Source: Ammoniphilus oxalaticus | GTDB lineage: Bacteria > Bacillota > Bacilli > Aneurinibacillales > RAOX-1 | Direction of reading: 5' to 3' | NCBI RefSeq assembly: GCF_003609605.1 | Contig: NZ_MCHY01000009.1 | Span: 341,058 to 365,057, forward strand | DNA: 24,000 nucleotides | Position numbers and translations under genes: made by a program | Notes under the pieces: model-generated | Seen by the model: only the letters and a program-made list of their open reading frames with translations | Database searches by the model: none | What the model was told of the DNA's origin: nothing | Shown: piece after piece, positions 1-9,003 of the stretch | How positions within the stretch are numbered: the first letter of the stretch is position 1 | Layout of the letters: the number at the start of each line of letters is the position of its first letter

Positions 1-2
1 AA

Positions 3-1649
3 ACGTATATTCAATTAAGGATGTTGAATACGGGGAAGGGACCTGCGGTCCACGCCTTGCGCGCTCAATTAGATAAGACGCTTTACCAACACACAATGAA
101 AGAAACGATTGAAAGCGAACCGAATCTAATGATGAGACAGGCGTTAGTTGAAGAACTCATTGTGAACAATGGTGTGTGTGAAGGAGTTGTTACAAAAACG
201 GGCGCGCGCTATAAAGCGAAAGCGGTTGTTTTAACAACGGGCACTTATCTGCGGGGCAATATCATTATCGGGGAACTCCAATATGAAAGTGGTCCAAATA
301 ACATGGCTCCATCGATCAACCTTTCTTACAACTTACAAGAATTAGGGTTTGAATTGGTTCGTTTTAAAACAGGCACACCGCCGCGTGTGAACGGTCGCAC
401 GGTTGATTATGACCAGTTGCAAATTCAACCGGGCGATGAAAATCCTCAGCACTTTTCTTATGAGACGACGGAGGCGTTACCGGATCAGATTCCTTGCTGG
501 TTGACGTATACGAGTCCAGAAACGCATGAAATTATTAATGATAATTTGCATCGCGCTCCAATGTTCTCAGGATTGATTGAAGGGGTAGGGGCTCGCTATT
601 GCCCTTCTATTGAAGATAAGATTGTTCGTTTCAACGACAAGCCAAAACATCAAATATTTTTGGAGCCAGAGGGTAGAAATACACTTGAAATGTACGTGCA
701 AGGACTATCAACAAGTATGCCGGAAGATGTTCAGTTGCGAATGATTCGAAGTGTTCCAGGGATGGAAGAAGCGAAAATGATGCGACCTGGTTACGCAATT
801 GAATACGATGTGATTGTTCCCTCCCAACTGTGGCCGACATTGGAAACAAAGACAGTGAAAAACTTATATACAGCGGGTCAATTAAATGGGACATCAGGCT
901 ATGAAGAAGCAGGGGCGCAGGGAATTGTTGCGGGCATTAATGCTGCGTTAAAGATACAAGGGAAGGATCCATTCATATTAGACCGTTCGGAAGCTTATAT
1001 TGGTGTGTTGATTGATGATTTGATCACCAAAGGGGTCGTGGAGCCTTACCGATTGCTGACCTCTCGAGCCGAGTATCGACTCTTGTTGCGTCATGATAAT
1101 GCTGATTTGCGGTTAACAGAAAAGGGCTATCAGATCGGTTTGATATCCAAGGAAAGATTTGAGCAATTTTTGGAGAAAAAACGTCAAATCGAACAGGAAA
1201 TAGAGCGCCTGGCTCAGACTAAGGTCAAACCGGATCATGTTCGGGATTATTTGGAGTCAATCAACTCCAAATTGTTAGACAATGCGATTGATCTAGCTGC
1301 TTTATTAAGGCGACCAGAAGTAAAATACGATGAATTGGCAAAGCGATTTCCGCCAGCCGCTAAACTACCGGAAGCGGTTCGCGAGCAAGTAGAAATTCAA
1401 ATTAAATATGAAGGCTACATTCGCAAGCAATTACAAGACGTTGAGCGGATGAGAAAGATGGAGAAGAAGAAAATTCCCGCGGGGATTGATTATTTACAGC
1501 TTCAAGGTATTTCTATGGAAGCAAGAGATAAATTATCTAAGATTGAACCATTAAATATTGGTCAGGCTGCCCGAATCTCAGGGGTAAATCCATCTGATAT
1601 CTCCGTGTTATTAGTCTACCTAGAACATAAAATGAAAGTAGCCCATTAG
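3..1649 (+). CDS. mnmG: tRNA uridine 5-carboxymethylaminomethyl modification enzyme MnmG (GidA), N-terminus cut by window edge
   Basis: The reading frame is open from base 3, so the ATG at 21 is internal. The translation carries typical MnmG blocks ([33 protein letters not shown]-terminal [13 protein letters not shown]). It is followed 12 nt later by rsmG, as in all Firmicutes. Confidence 0.95.
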   Translation, partial: TYIQLRMLNTGKGPAVHALRAQLDKTLYQHTMKETIESEPNLMMRQALVEELIVNNGVCEGVVTKTGARYKAKAVVLTTGTYLRGNIIIGELQYESGPNNMAPSINLSYNLQELGFELVRFKTGTPPRVNGRTVDYDQLQIQPGDENPQHFSYETTEALPDQIPCWLTYTSPETHEIINDNLHRAPMFSGLIEGVGARYCPSIEDKIVRFNDKPKHQIFLEPEGRNTLEMYVQGLSTSMPEDVQLRMIRSVPGMEEAKMMRPGYAIEYDVIVPSQLWPTLETKTVKNLYTAGQLNGTSGYEEAGAQGIVAGINAALKIQGKDPFILDRSEAYIGVLIDDLITKGVVEPYRLLTSRAEYRLLLRHDNADLRLTEKGYQIGLISKERFEQFLEKKRQIEQEIERLAQTKVKPDHVRDYLESINSKLLDNAIDLAALLRRPEVKYDELAKRFPPAAKLPEAVREQVEIQIKYEGYIRKQLQDVERMRKMEKKKIPAGIDYLQLQGISMEARDKLSKIEPLNIGQAARISGVNPSDISVLLVYLEHKMKVAH

Positions 1650-1660
1650 GAGTTTATGAG

Positions 1661-2377
1661 ATGGAGCCAAAGTTGTTTGAACAGCAATTACAAGAGCGAG
1701 GCATATTGTTAACAGATCAACAGAGAGCGAAATTTGGGGTGTATCATGAGTTGTTAGTTGAATGGAATCAAAAAGTGAACCTAACGGCGATTACCGAAAA
1801 AGAGGAAGTTTATGAAAAACACTTTTTTGATTCAATAAGCGCTGCGTTCTTTTACGATTTCACTCAAATTACGACACTGATTGACATCGGCGCCGGGGCT
1901 GGGTTTCCGTCCTTGCCAATCAAGATACTTTACCCGCACTTACAAATTACGATTGTTGATTCTTTAAATAAAAGAATTCAGTTTTTGCAACTGCTTGTCG
2001 AGCGACTTGAGCTTGAAGGCGTAACCTGCCTGCATGGCAGGGCGGAAGAGCTTGGCGTGAACCCTGAGTATCGAGAACGTTATGATGCGGTTACGGCAAG
2101 AGCGGTTGCTCGTCTGAATGTGTTGACAGAGTATTGCTTACCCTTTGCAAAAGTAGACGGCGTCTTTATTGTCTTAAAAGGAGCGAACGCCCTGAGTGAA
2201 TTGGATGAGGCGAAACAAGCGATTCGGGTGTTAGGGGGCAAAACGAGAAAAGTGGATAACCTCCGTCTTCCATCAGAGCAAGCGGATCGAAATATTATTG
2301 TCGTTGAAAAAGAAAAACCGACGCCAAAGAAATATCCAAGAAAAGCGGGAACCCCCGCAAAAAAGCCAATTATTTAA
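1661..2377 (+). CDS. rsmG: 16S rRNA (guanine527-N7)-methyltransferase RsmG (GidB)
   Basis: The ORF is 238 aa with the SAM-binding motif DIGAGAGFP. An AGGAG RBS lies upstream and the gene has the conserved position after mnmG. Confidence 0.95.
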   Translation: MEPKLFEQQLQERGILLTDQQRAKFGVYHELLVEWNQKVNLTAITEKEEVYEKHFFDSISAAFFYDFTQITTLIDIGAGAGFPSLPIKILYPHLQITIVDSLNKRIQFLQLLVERLELEGVTCLHGRAEELGVNPEYRERYDAVTARAVARLNVLTEYCLPFAKVDGVFIVLKGANALSELDEAKQAIRVLGGKTRKVDNLRLPSEQADRNIIVVEKEKPTPKKYPRKAGTPAKKPII

Positions 2378-2383
2378 TCCATT

Positions 2384-2424
2384 TATCCTAATTGCATGAA
2401 TTCATGTAATTAGGATATTTTTTT
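2384..2424 (+). terminator. Intrinsic terminator of mnmG-rsmG
   Basis: A 17-bp near-perfect hairpin, tatcctaattgcatgaa / ttcatgtaattaggata, contains one G:U pair. It is followed by a T7 run. Confidence 0.8.
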
Positions 2425-2439
2425 GTTCCACGTGGAACA
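2424..2439. promoter_or_regulatory. parS: parS centromere-like site (fully symmetric variant TGTTCCACGTGGAACA)
   Basis: This is a 16-bp perfect palindrome. It differs at one position from the B. subtilis parS consensus TGTTCCACGTGAAACA. It is intergenic, directly after the rsmG terminator and upstream of noc. Confidence 0.8.
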
Positions 2440-2559
2440 TCATGGGATGAAGAAGGAGAACCTCATTGCTTGCCGAATAATGTATAATGGAATCTAGGAT
2501 ATTACTTATAGATAATAAAAAATCAAATTAACTTTTTTATCCCGTAGGTGGTGTTAGTA

Positions 2560-3378
2560 TTGAGGGATCAATTTAGCCGATTGTTCGGTTTAGCGGATAA
2601 AAGTAAACAGGATGAAATAAAAAGCATTCCTGTAGGAGAGATCGTTCCCAATCCTTATCAACCGAGAACTGTTTTTGATGAAGATAAAATTGAAGAGTTA
2701 TGCGTGACGATCAAGGAGCATGGAATCATTCAACCGATTGTCGTTCGCCGCCGTAGCGATGGAGGCTTTGAATTAATCGCAGGAGAGAGGCGGTGGAGGG
2801 CGACTAAGAAATTAGGATTAGAAACAATCCCAGCGATTGTAAAGGATTTCAATGATTCTCAAGCGGCATCGATTGCTTTGATTGAAAACTTACAAAGGGA
2901 AGGGTTAACTGCAATTGAGGAAGCGGTTGCTTACCAAAAATTGATTGAGTTGCACCAGTTAACCCAGGAAAGTTTGGCGCAAAAACTCGGAAAAGGTCAA
3001 TCCACCATTGCGAATAAATTGCGACTTCTTCATCTTCCGCAAACCATACAAGATTTTTTAATGCAGAGAAAGATTACGGAAAGACATGCGCGCGCGTTGC
3101 TAGTTTTAAAAGAAGAGAATGCTCAATTGAAGATGTTAGAGGAAATTGTTGAAAAAGAACTGAATGTGAAGCAAACGGAAAGCCGAATTAAACAAATGGT
3201 TGAGAAAACGCAAATCAAGAAGCCAAGGAGAGTTTCTTTTTCAAAGGATACACGTTTGGCGATTAACACGGTTAGACAATCAATCGATATGGTCATGAAA
3301 AACGGACTGTCGATTCTTTCTGAAGAAGAGGATGGTGAGGAATTCTACCAAATTACGATCCGAATTCCGAAGAAATAA
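2560..3378 (+). CDS. noc: Nucleoid occlusion protein Noc (ParB paralogue)
   Basis: It has the ParB-box [17 protein letters not shown] and the [14 protein letters not shown]. It ends ...QITIRIPKK, like B. subtilis Noc. A TTG start at 2560 gives [11 protein letters not shown], which aligns to B. subtilis MKHSFSRFFGL, and an AGGTGGTG RBS ends 6 nt upstream. The ORF-track GTG at 2548 is the alternative start. Confidence 0.9.
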   Translation: MRDQFSRLFGLADKSKQDEIKSIPVGEIVPNPYQPRTVFDEDKIEELCVTIKEHGIIQPIVVRRRSDGGFELIAGERRWRATKKLGLETIPAIVKDFNDSQAASIALIENLQREGLTAIEEAVAYQKLIELHQLTQESLAQKLGKGQSTIANKLRLLHLPQTIQDFLMQRKITERHARALLVLKEENAQLKMLEEIVEKELNVKQTESRIKQMVEKTQIKKPRRVSFSKDTRLAINTVRQSIDMVMKNGLSILSEEEDGEEFYQITIRIPKK

Positions 3379-3480
3379 GGAATCGACTTCTCCTATCCAT
3401 GGCCTCGTAAATAAGTTAAAATAAGTTGGACGCGTTTTATTGGCTTTTAGGAAATGCTTGGACAGTTAGAGGTGAACGGA

Positions 3481-4254
3481 ATGGGGAAGATCATTGCAGT
3501 TGCGAATCAAAAAGGCGGTGTGGGGAAGACAACAACCTCCGTTAATTTAAGCGCTTGTTTAGCAACGCTAGGGCAAAAGGTATTATTAATTGATATTGAT
3601 CCGCAAGGTAATGCGACGAGTGGTGTGGGCATTAATAAAGCGGATATTCGGTATTGTATTTATGATGTGTTAATAAACGATATAGATCCAATGGACGCTA
3701 TTATTCCAACAGACGTTACGAATTTATTTGTGTTACCAGCTTCGATACAATTAGCTGGGGCGGAGATTGAGCTAGTGCCTACAATCTCAAGAGAAGTTCG
3801 TTTGAAAAGAGCGATTGAATCGATACGGGACAAGTACGATTATGTTTTCATTGATTGTCCGCCTTCGTTAGGAATATTGACCGTTAACTCTTTAACAGCG
3901 TCTGATTCCGTATTGGTTCCTATTCAATGTGAGTTTTATGCGTTAGAAGGGGTAAGTCAATTATTAAATACGATACGCTTAGTCCAAAAACATTTAAATA
4001 CCTCGCTTCAAATTGAAGGGATTTTGTTAACGATGTTAGATGCCCGCACGAACTTAGGAATCCAAGTGATTGAAGAGGTTAAAAAGTATTTTAGAGAAAA
4101 GGTATATCAGGCGATCATCCCAAGAAATATTCGATTAAGCGAAGCGCCGAGTCACGGTCAATCCATTATTAAATACGATGCTCGTTCACGTGGGGCAGAG
4201 GTTTATATGGAGCTGGCTAGGGAGGTGTTGGAAATTGGCAAAACGGTTAGGTAA
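3481..4254 (+). CDS. soj: Chromosome partitioning ATPase Soj (ParA)
   Basis: It starts MGKIIAVANQKGGVGKTT, which includes the deviant Walker A motif. It is near-colinear with B. subtilis Soj. A GAGGTGA RBS lies 5 nt before the ATG at 3481, and the ORF-track start at 3454 lacks an RBS. Confidence 0.95.
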   Translation: MGKIIAVANQKGGVGKTTTSVNLSACLATLGQKVLLIDIDPQGNATSGVGINKADIRYCIYDVLINDIDPMDAIIPTDVTNLFVLPASIQLAGAEIELVPTISREVRLKRAIESIRDKYDYVFIDCPPSLGILTVNSLTASDSVLVPIQCEFYALEGVSQLLNTIRLVQKHLNTSLQIEGILLTMLDARTNLGIQVIEEVKKYFREKVYQAIIPRNIRLSEAPSHGQSIIKYDARSRGAEVYMELAREVLEIGKTVR

Positions 4255-5086
4255 AGGGTTAGATGCATTATTTCCCGCTCTTGATATAGAGGAAAACGAG
4301 CAAGTAATTGAAGCGGATTGTTCCGATATTCGGCCTAATCCGTACCAACCTCGCAAAGAGTTCGATCAAAAAGCACTTGAAGAATTGGCGGAGTCGATTA
4401 AAGCGCACGGTGTGATTCAGCCGTTAATCGTTAGAAAAGGCAGTGTAAAGGGATATGAACTCGTCGCGGGTGAGCGACGATTACGAGCGACTGAGTTGGC
4501 TGGGTTAAATAAAGTCCCTATTGTCGTTCGTGAATTTACGAATGAGCAAATTATGGAGATTGCTTTAATTGAAAATCTTCAACGTGAAAATTTGAATGCG
4601 ATTGAAGTGGCGGTTGCATACGACAAGTTAATGAAACACTTTTCGTTAACCCAAGAAGAACTTGCAAAAAAGGTAGGGAAGAGCCGACCACATGTTGCGA
4701 ATTTTTTAAGATTAATCCAACTGCCAAAAGAAATTCAAGACTTTGTTTCACGTGGAACAATATCAATGGGACATGCTCGAGCTCTGCTGTCTGTTGAAGA
4801 CGATCAACTGAAGATTGACATAGCGAAAGAGACTATCAAAAAGGATTTGAGTGTTCGTCAGGTTGAAGAATTAGTGAAAACAGCTTTTGAACCCGTTGCG
4901 CGAGAAATAAAAGAGAAACCTAAGAAAGATGTATTTATTGTTCAATTCGAAGAGCGTTTGCGGGATTGTTTTGGGACATCTGTACAAATTAAGATGGCCA
5001 AAGGAAAAGGAAAAGGCAAAATTGAAATTGACTTTTTTACAAATGAAGACCTTGAACGGATCATGGAGATCATCCATAGGGACTAG
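4235..5086 (+). CDS. spo0J: Chromosome partitioning / stage 0 sporulation protein Spo0J (ParB)
   Basis: A TTG start gives MAKRLGKGLDALF, compared with B. subtilis MAKGLGKGINALF. An AGGGAGGTG RBS ends 7 nt upstream. The protein has the GERRLRA ParB box, an HTH (KSRPHVANFLRL) and a C-terminal KGKGKIEIDFF. The start overlaps the soj 3' end by 20 nt. The ORF-track start at 4178 lies inside soj. Confidence 0.93.
   Translation: MAKRLGKGLDALFPALDIEENEQVIEADCSDIRPNPYQPRKEFDQKALEELAESIKAHGVIQPLIVRKGSVKGYELVAGERRLRATELAGLNKVPIVVREFTNEQIMEIALIENLQRENLNAIEVAVAYDKLMKHFSLTQEELAKKVGKSRPHVANFLRLIQLPKEIQDFVSRGTISMGHARALLSVEDDQLKIDIAKETIKKDLSVRQVEELVKTAFEPVAREIKEKPKKDVFIVQFEERLRDCFGTSVQIKMAKGKGKGKIEIDFFTNEDLERIMEIIHRD
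4744..4759. promoter_or_regulatory. parS: parS site inside the spo0J coding region
   Basis: TGTTTCACGTGGAACA is the exact reverse complement of the consensus TGTTCCACGTGAAACA. It sits at the same intragenic position as the B. subtilis 359-degree parS. Confidence 0.9.
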
Positions 5087-5100
5087 TGATTTGGAAAAAA

Positions 5101-5146
5101 GAAAAGGTTATGTTGGTGTGAATAGCAACATAACCTTTTCTTTTTG
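5101..5146 (+). terminator. Intrinsic terminator of soj-spo0J
   Basis: A 13-bp perfect stem, aaaaggttatgtt / aacataacctttt, has a 12-nt loop and is followed by cttttt. Confidence 0.85.
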
Positions 5147-5161
5147 AGAGGAGAGTTTGGG

Positions 5162-6322
5162 GTGAAGACGATTTATTTAGACAATGCCGCCTCTACGTGG
5201 CCTAAACCACCAGGTGTGAAGGAGGCAATGGTCGCCTGTATTGATGAGTATGCGGCTAATCCGGGGCGAGGCGCTCACAAATTGGCGATGGAAGCGAGTA
5301 GGACGCTATATTCAACGAGAGCGAAACTAGCAGAGTTATTTAATGTCGTGAATCCAAATGACATTATCTTTGCCCCGAATGCGACGGTTGCTTTAAATCA
5401 GGGGATAAAAGGGATGTTAAGATCGGGTGATCATGCGATTACAACGACGTTGGAGCATAATTCAGTGCGAAGACCTCTCGAGTTTTTAAAGGATAAAAAC
5501 GGGGTTGAATTGTCTTATATTTCTCCAAAGGCAGACATGTCATTTGAAATAGAAGACTTTGAAAAGGAAATTCGAAAGAATACTGCCTTGATTGTTGTTA
5601 CACACGGCTCCAATTTAACAGGTTCACTTGTCCCTATTAGTGAGATTGGAGCGCTCTGTAAGAAACATCATATCCCTTTCATGGTAGATGCGTCACAAAC
5701 AGCCGGTGTGTTTCCCATTGATGTTCAGGAGATGAACATTCAGCTACTTGCTTTCCCTGGACACAAGGGGTTGTATGGACCACAAGGGACTGGAGGGCTT
5801 TATATTGACCCGCAATTTGATTTTGAGCCCTTGTTTCATGGGGGGACAGGGAGCCAGTCGGAATTAATTGAACAACCATTGACTAGGCCGGATCGCTATG
5901 AAAGCGGCACAGCAAACACAGTCGGGATTGCTGGGTTAGGGGCTGGGGTTCAATTTGTATTAGAGACAGGGTTGGATGAGATTAGGCGAAAGGAAATGGA
6001 ATTGACGACAGCCCTTTTGTTAGAGTTGAAAAAGATACCTGGAATTACGGTGTTTGGACAAACTAGTAGTGTAGAGCGATCTGCTGTTGTTTCTTTTGCG
6101 ATAAAAGGTTTAGACGCGGCTGCCGCCGCGTTTGCATTGGATCGTCAGTTTCGGATTGCTGTGCGATCTGGTCACCATTGTACACCGCTTGGACATGAAA
6201 CGATTGGGACGATCAATGAGGGAGCGATTCGGGCTAGTTTTGGTTATTTTAATGATATGTCTGATGTGGAAGCGTTAGTGACGGCTGTCCGTAAACTTGC
6301 GACCGAAGTTGATCGTGATTGA
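5162..6322 (+). CDS. Class V aminotransferase-fold PLP enzyme, cysteine desulfurase family (SufS/Csd-like, function unassigned)
   Basis: The N-terminus is IYLDNAAST. It has a PLP-lysine context (FPGHKGLYGP) and an RSGHHCTPL motif containing a catalytic-type Cys. The start is GTG 5162, with GAGAGGAGAG 6 nt upstream. Confidence 0.8.
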   Translation: MKTIYLDNAASTWPKPPGVKEAMVACIDEYAANPGRGAHKLAMEASRTLYSTRAKLAELFNVVNPNDIIFAPNATVALNQGIKGMLRSGDHAITTTLEHNSVRRPLEFLKDKNGVELSYISPKADMSFEIEDFEKEIRKNTALIVVTHGSNLTGSLVPISEIGALCKKHHIPFMVDASQTAGVFPIDVQEMNIQLLAFPGHKGLYGPQGTGGLYIDPQFDFEPLFHGGTGSQSELIEQPLTRPDRYESGTANTVGIAGLGAGVQFVLETGLDEIRRKEMELTTALLLELKKIPGITVFGQTSSVERSAVVSFAIKGLDAAAAAFALDRQFRIAVRSGHHCTPLGHETIGTINEGAIRASFGYFNDMSDVEALVTAVRKLATEVDRD

Positions 6323-6351
6323 AGACAGACCAAGAAAGGATAGGGGTCAGC

Positions 6352-7065
6352 ATGGTATTGTGGGGTACGGTTGTTAATGCGATCGCCATTATTTGTGGTT
6401 CACTTTTGGGGAGCGTTTTAAATCGAATAAGCGAAGGGATTAAAACGACGGTGATGCAAGGGATTGGTTTGGTAGTATGTGTGCTGGGCATTACAATGGC
6501 GATGAAATCTGATAATATGTTAATCCTTATTTTCAGTCTGGTAATTGGCGGTGTGATCGGTGAGATTTTGCATGTGCAAGCTGGTTTGGATAAGTTCGGA
6601 GAGTGGATAGAACGGAAGGTTGGGAAGCGGGGTAACGGAAAAGGGAGTATCGCTACGGGGTTTGTCACCGCGACGCTTGTTTATTGTGTGGGGGCGATGG
6701 CGATCCTTGGCGCTATGGATAGCGGTTTAAGATTGAATCATGATATTTTATATACAAAATCCATTTTGGATGGGTTTTCCGCCATTATTTTCACTTCTAC
6801 ATTAGGGATTGGCGTACTCTTTTCAGCTGTGCCGGTCTTCATTTATCAAGGCTTGATTGCTTTATGTTCCACTTTTATTGCCGCTTTTGTCAGTCAAGAA
6901 ATGCTTGCGGCGATTATTCAGGAGATTACAGCGGTTGGCGGGATCTTAATTATCGGCATTGGAATTAATATTTTAGGAATTAAAAAGATCAATATTGCGA
7001 ATATGTTGCCAGCGATCGTCGTCGCTATCCTCATGGCGCCGTTGATGGCTACAATCATGCAATAA
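6352..7065 (+). CDS. DUF554 family integral membrane protein (YdfK/YqgA-like)
   Basis: The protein is hydrophobic and multi-span. Its N-terminus MVLWGTVVNAIAIICGSLLG is typical of DUF554. I prefer the ATG at 6352 over the TTG at 6319, which overlaps the upstream stop. Confidence 0.7.
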   Translation: MVLWGTVVNAIAIICGSLLGSVLNRISEGIKTTVMQGIGLVVCVLGITMAMKSDNMLILIFSLVIGGVIGEILHVQAGLDKFGEWIERKVGKRGNGKGSIATGFVTATLVYCVGAMAILGAMDSGLRLNHDILYTKSILDGFSAIIFTSTLGIGVLFSAVPVFIYQGLIALCSTFIAAFVSQEMLAAIIQEITAVGGILIIGIGINILGIKKINIANMLPAIVVAILMAPLMATIMQ

Positions 7066-7150
7066 CTTGCCTGAAAATTCAGGGGGACGTCTCTTAATGG
7101 GCGCTACGAGTTTCTTAGTAAAACCAAATATGCTTCAATATCATAGATCT

Positions 7151-7181
7151 AAAAAACTCAGCGTTTTCTGCTGAGTCTTTT
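7151..7181. terminator. Bidirectional intrinsic terminator between the convergent DUF554 gene and yyaC
   Basis: An A6 run precedes the stem actcagc / gctgagt with a 7-nt loop, followed by cttttac. Read on the minus strand, the hairpin is followed by T6. Confidence 0.75.
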
Positions 7182-7223
7182 ACTTTATTGTATCGCAAAA
7201 GCATGATGTCCCGCCGCGTTACG

Positions 7224-7841
7224 TTAAATCCAAGATTGAGCGTCGTTGGACGCTTTTTTAATCATGTGTTGATAATATCGGCTTGTGGAACGGTGCAAGG
7301 AATGGGCGATTGTATCCGCCATTTTCATTACGATACTAAGACGGGTGTTTTGTAACACAAAATACTCCATAAAGCCCCCGATGTTGACGATTCCTGTAAT
7401 ATGAAAGCACCCGACTGCTGGCAAGTCTTTTTTCACACCCGCTCCGGGCTTTAATGGGCCATGAGCTACAGTAATGTGCCCTACACTGCTAAATTTACCC
7501 AAACAAGCATCTACAGCAATGATAAGCGCGTCTTTATGGTTTCGTTCAATCGTTTCAATCGTATCCTTTAGGTTTACAGCGTGAACAGGCTCATCGATGG
7601 TCCCATAAATATGAACCCCAACGGGATACATTTTTTCAAAAATGCTGCCTACAAGAGGCCCTAATGAATCTCCCGTTGATCGGTCGGTTCCAATGCAGAG
7701 GACGACAATTTCGGAAACATTATCGAAGCTGTGTAGTCTGTTGCCTATATGTTCGGATAACGAATCAACCGCATCGGAGCTGGAAAATTCAGTTTTGAAC
7801 GATGATAAAGGGTACTCCTGAGAAAACGGTTTACGCTTCAT
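7224..7841 (-). CDS. yyaC: Sporulation protein YyaC (GPR-like putative spore protease family)
   Basis: The ORF is 205 aa with VVLCIGTDRSTGDSLGPLVG and IIAVDACLG blocks characteristic of YyaC. It has an AGGAGGT RBS and the same position and orientation as in Bacillus. Confidence 0.85.
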   Translation of the reverse strand: MKRKPFSQEYPLSSFKTEFSSSDAVDSLSEHIGNRLHSFDNVSEIVVLCIGTDRSTGDSLGPLVGSIFEKMYPVGVHIYGTIDEPVHAVNLKDTIETIERNHKDALIIAVDACLGKFSSVGHITVAHGPLKPGAGVKKDLPAVGCFHITGIVNIGGFMEYFVLQNTRLSIVMKMADTIAHSLHRSTSRYYQHMIKKASNDAQSWI

Positions 7842-7870
7842 AGGTACCTCCTGGAAAAAATAAGTAGTAA

Positions 7871-7900
7871 TAGTATACGGTTATTGGACAAATAATATAC
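7871..7900 (-). promoter_or_regulatory. Candidate forespore-type (sigmaG/F-like) promoter of yyaC
   Basis: On the minus strand it reads GTATA - 18 nt - TATACTA, compared with sigmaG GHATR-N18-CATnHTA. It sits about 30 nt upstream of the yyaC ATG. This is a pattern match only. Confidence 0.3.
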
Positions 7901-7955
7901 ATTTGGACATTCTTAAAGTTTCTCCTACATAAAGATTTTGTAGGAGGGATGTCCG

Positions 7956-8984
7956 ATGGGAATAGGTAGAGCGGTTAAAGTAGGATTGACTATTATTGGT
8001 ACGACGATCGGGGCGGGGTTTGCCTCTGGACGGGAAATCTGGGAGTTCTTTGGTTCTTATGGAAGCGCCAGCCAATATAGCTTAATGCTGGCGATGGCGC
8101 TCCTGTTTGTGATGATTGCGGTGATTTTATGGATTAGCAGAAGAAAGGAAACAACCCATTATTATGGTATTTTAGAAGAGTTGATGGGGCAAAAGTTGGC
8201 GAAAATGTTCGATGGATTAACGATGTTATATTTGTTATCGATGTCAGTTGTGATGTTCGCCGGCAGTGGAGCAACTTTTACACAATGGGAGTTTCCTTAT
8301 ATGTTAGGGGTTGCATTGATGGCTCTGGCGGTATTTGTGGTGCTATTATTTAATGTTAATGGACTCGTTTCGATTCAATCCTTAATCATTCCTATTTTAA
8401 TTGGCGTACTATTCATCGTTTGTGTTCGATTTATTTTGGGCGTGGATATGGAAACGGTGACTGCTCCGCCGCCAGCTACTACTTCGTGGCCATCAGGCAT
8501 CACGTATGCGGCTTTAAATATTGTTCCTTTGCTTGCTGTTTTATCTACATTGGGTCAACAGCTAAAAACGCGAAAAGAGCTTTGGATTGCCGCGGGTCTT
8601 AGCGCGGGTGGTCTAGGGATGATTGCGTTGTTACTAAACCAATCGCTCCTTCTTTCCGTTGATCAGATCGGGGCCTACGAGATTCCACTGTTTGCGCTTT
8701 TGCAAAATGATTCGATGGTAACGATGATTGTTGTATCCGTCGTCTTATGGTTTGCCATCTATACAACGGCGTTGAGCGGCGTGCATGGGATTGTATCGCG
8801 GATCGATACTTTTTTCACGATTCCATCCTGGATGGTAACATTGATTATTATTATAGGCATGATTCCGCTCAGTTTATTTGGCTTTTCTACGCTAGTCAGT
8901 TTGCTTTATCCGATATACGGTGTGTTAAATTTATTTGTATTAGGCCTGCTAATTTTATATCCTTTAAATAGGATGTTAGAATAG
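7956..8984 (+). CDS. YkvI/YyaD-family integral membrane protein (putative transporter)
   Basis: The ORF is 342 aa with about 10 or more hydrophobic spans. The N-terminal IGTTIGAGFASGREIWEFF is typical of the YkvI family. An AGGAGGG RBS lies 7 nt upstream. Confidence 0.75.
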   Translation: MGIGRAVKVGLTIIGTTIGAGFASGREIWEFFGSYGSASQYSLMLAMALLFVMIAVILWISRRKETTHYYGILEELMGQKLAKMFDGLTMLYLLSMSVVMFAGSGATFTQWEFPYMLGVALMALAVFVVLLFNVNGLVSIQSLIIPILIGVLFIVCVRFILGVDMETVTAPPPATTSWPSGITYAALNIVPLLAVLSTLGQQLKTRKELWIAAGLSAGGLGMIALLLNQSLLLSVDQIGAYEIPLFALLQNDSMVTMIVVSVVLWFAIYTTALSGVHGIVSRIDTFFTIPSWMVTLIIIIGMIPLSLFGFSTLVSLLYPIYGVLNLFVLGLLILYPLNRMLE

Positions 8985-9003
8985 TTGGAGAAAGGTTGAC
9001 GTT

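Noticed and set aside
1473-1486. The palindrome-like attcccgcggggat inside mnmG, considered as a possible Noc-binding site (NBS consensus ATTTCCCGGGAAAT).
   Set aside because: It has an extra central GC and imperfect arms, so it does not fit the 14-bp NBS.
3409-3427. The tandem repeat aaataagtt / aaaataagtt upstream of soj.
   Set aside because: It is a short AT-rich duplication in an intergenic region with no recognisable binding-site consensus, so it is likely incidental.
4182-4197. A CACGTG-centred sequence near the soj 3' end, considered as a third parS.
   Set aside because: It has 4-5 mismatches to the parS consensus outside the CACGTG core.
4178-4234. The ORF-track N-terminal extension of spo0J (start 4178). 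Similar extensions exist for soj (3454), the DUF554 gene (6319), yybS (12754), yycJ (21110) and the CxxH gene (22234).
   Set aside because: The extensions lack an RBS, overlap upstream genes or run through terminator hairpins. Downstream starts have good SD spacing and match the N-termini of B. subtilis homologues.
6249-6668. A 139-aa minus-strand ORF, plus the other 60-90 aa ORFs antisense to or nested in annotated genes. Examples are 631-894, 4551-4766, 4871-5077, 4929-5147, 5679-5879, 7881-8075, 8420-8602, 8747-8971, 9734-9916, 10043-10258, 10746-11330, 12209-12421, 13617-13880, 15195-15410, 16637-16819, 17802-17987, 18464-18661, 20043-20294, 20561-20827, 21652-21876 and 23383-23601.
   Set aside because: All lie inside or opposite strongly supported conserved genes. 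They have no RBS and show the odd composition typical of off-frame translation.
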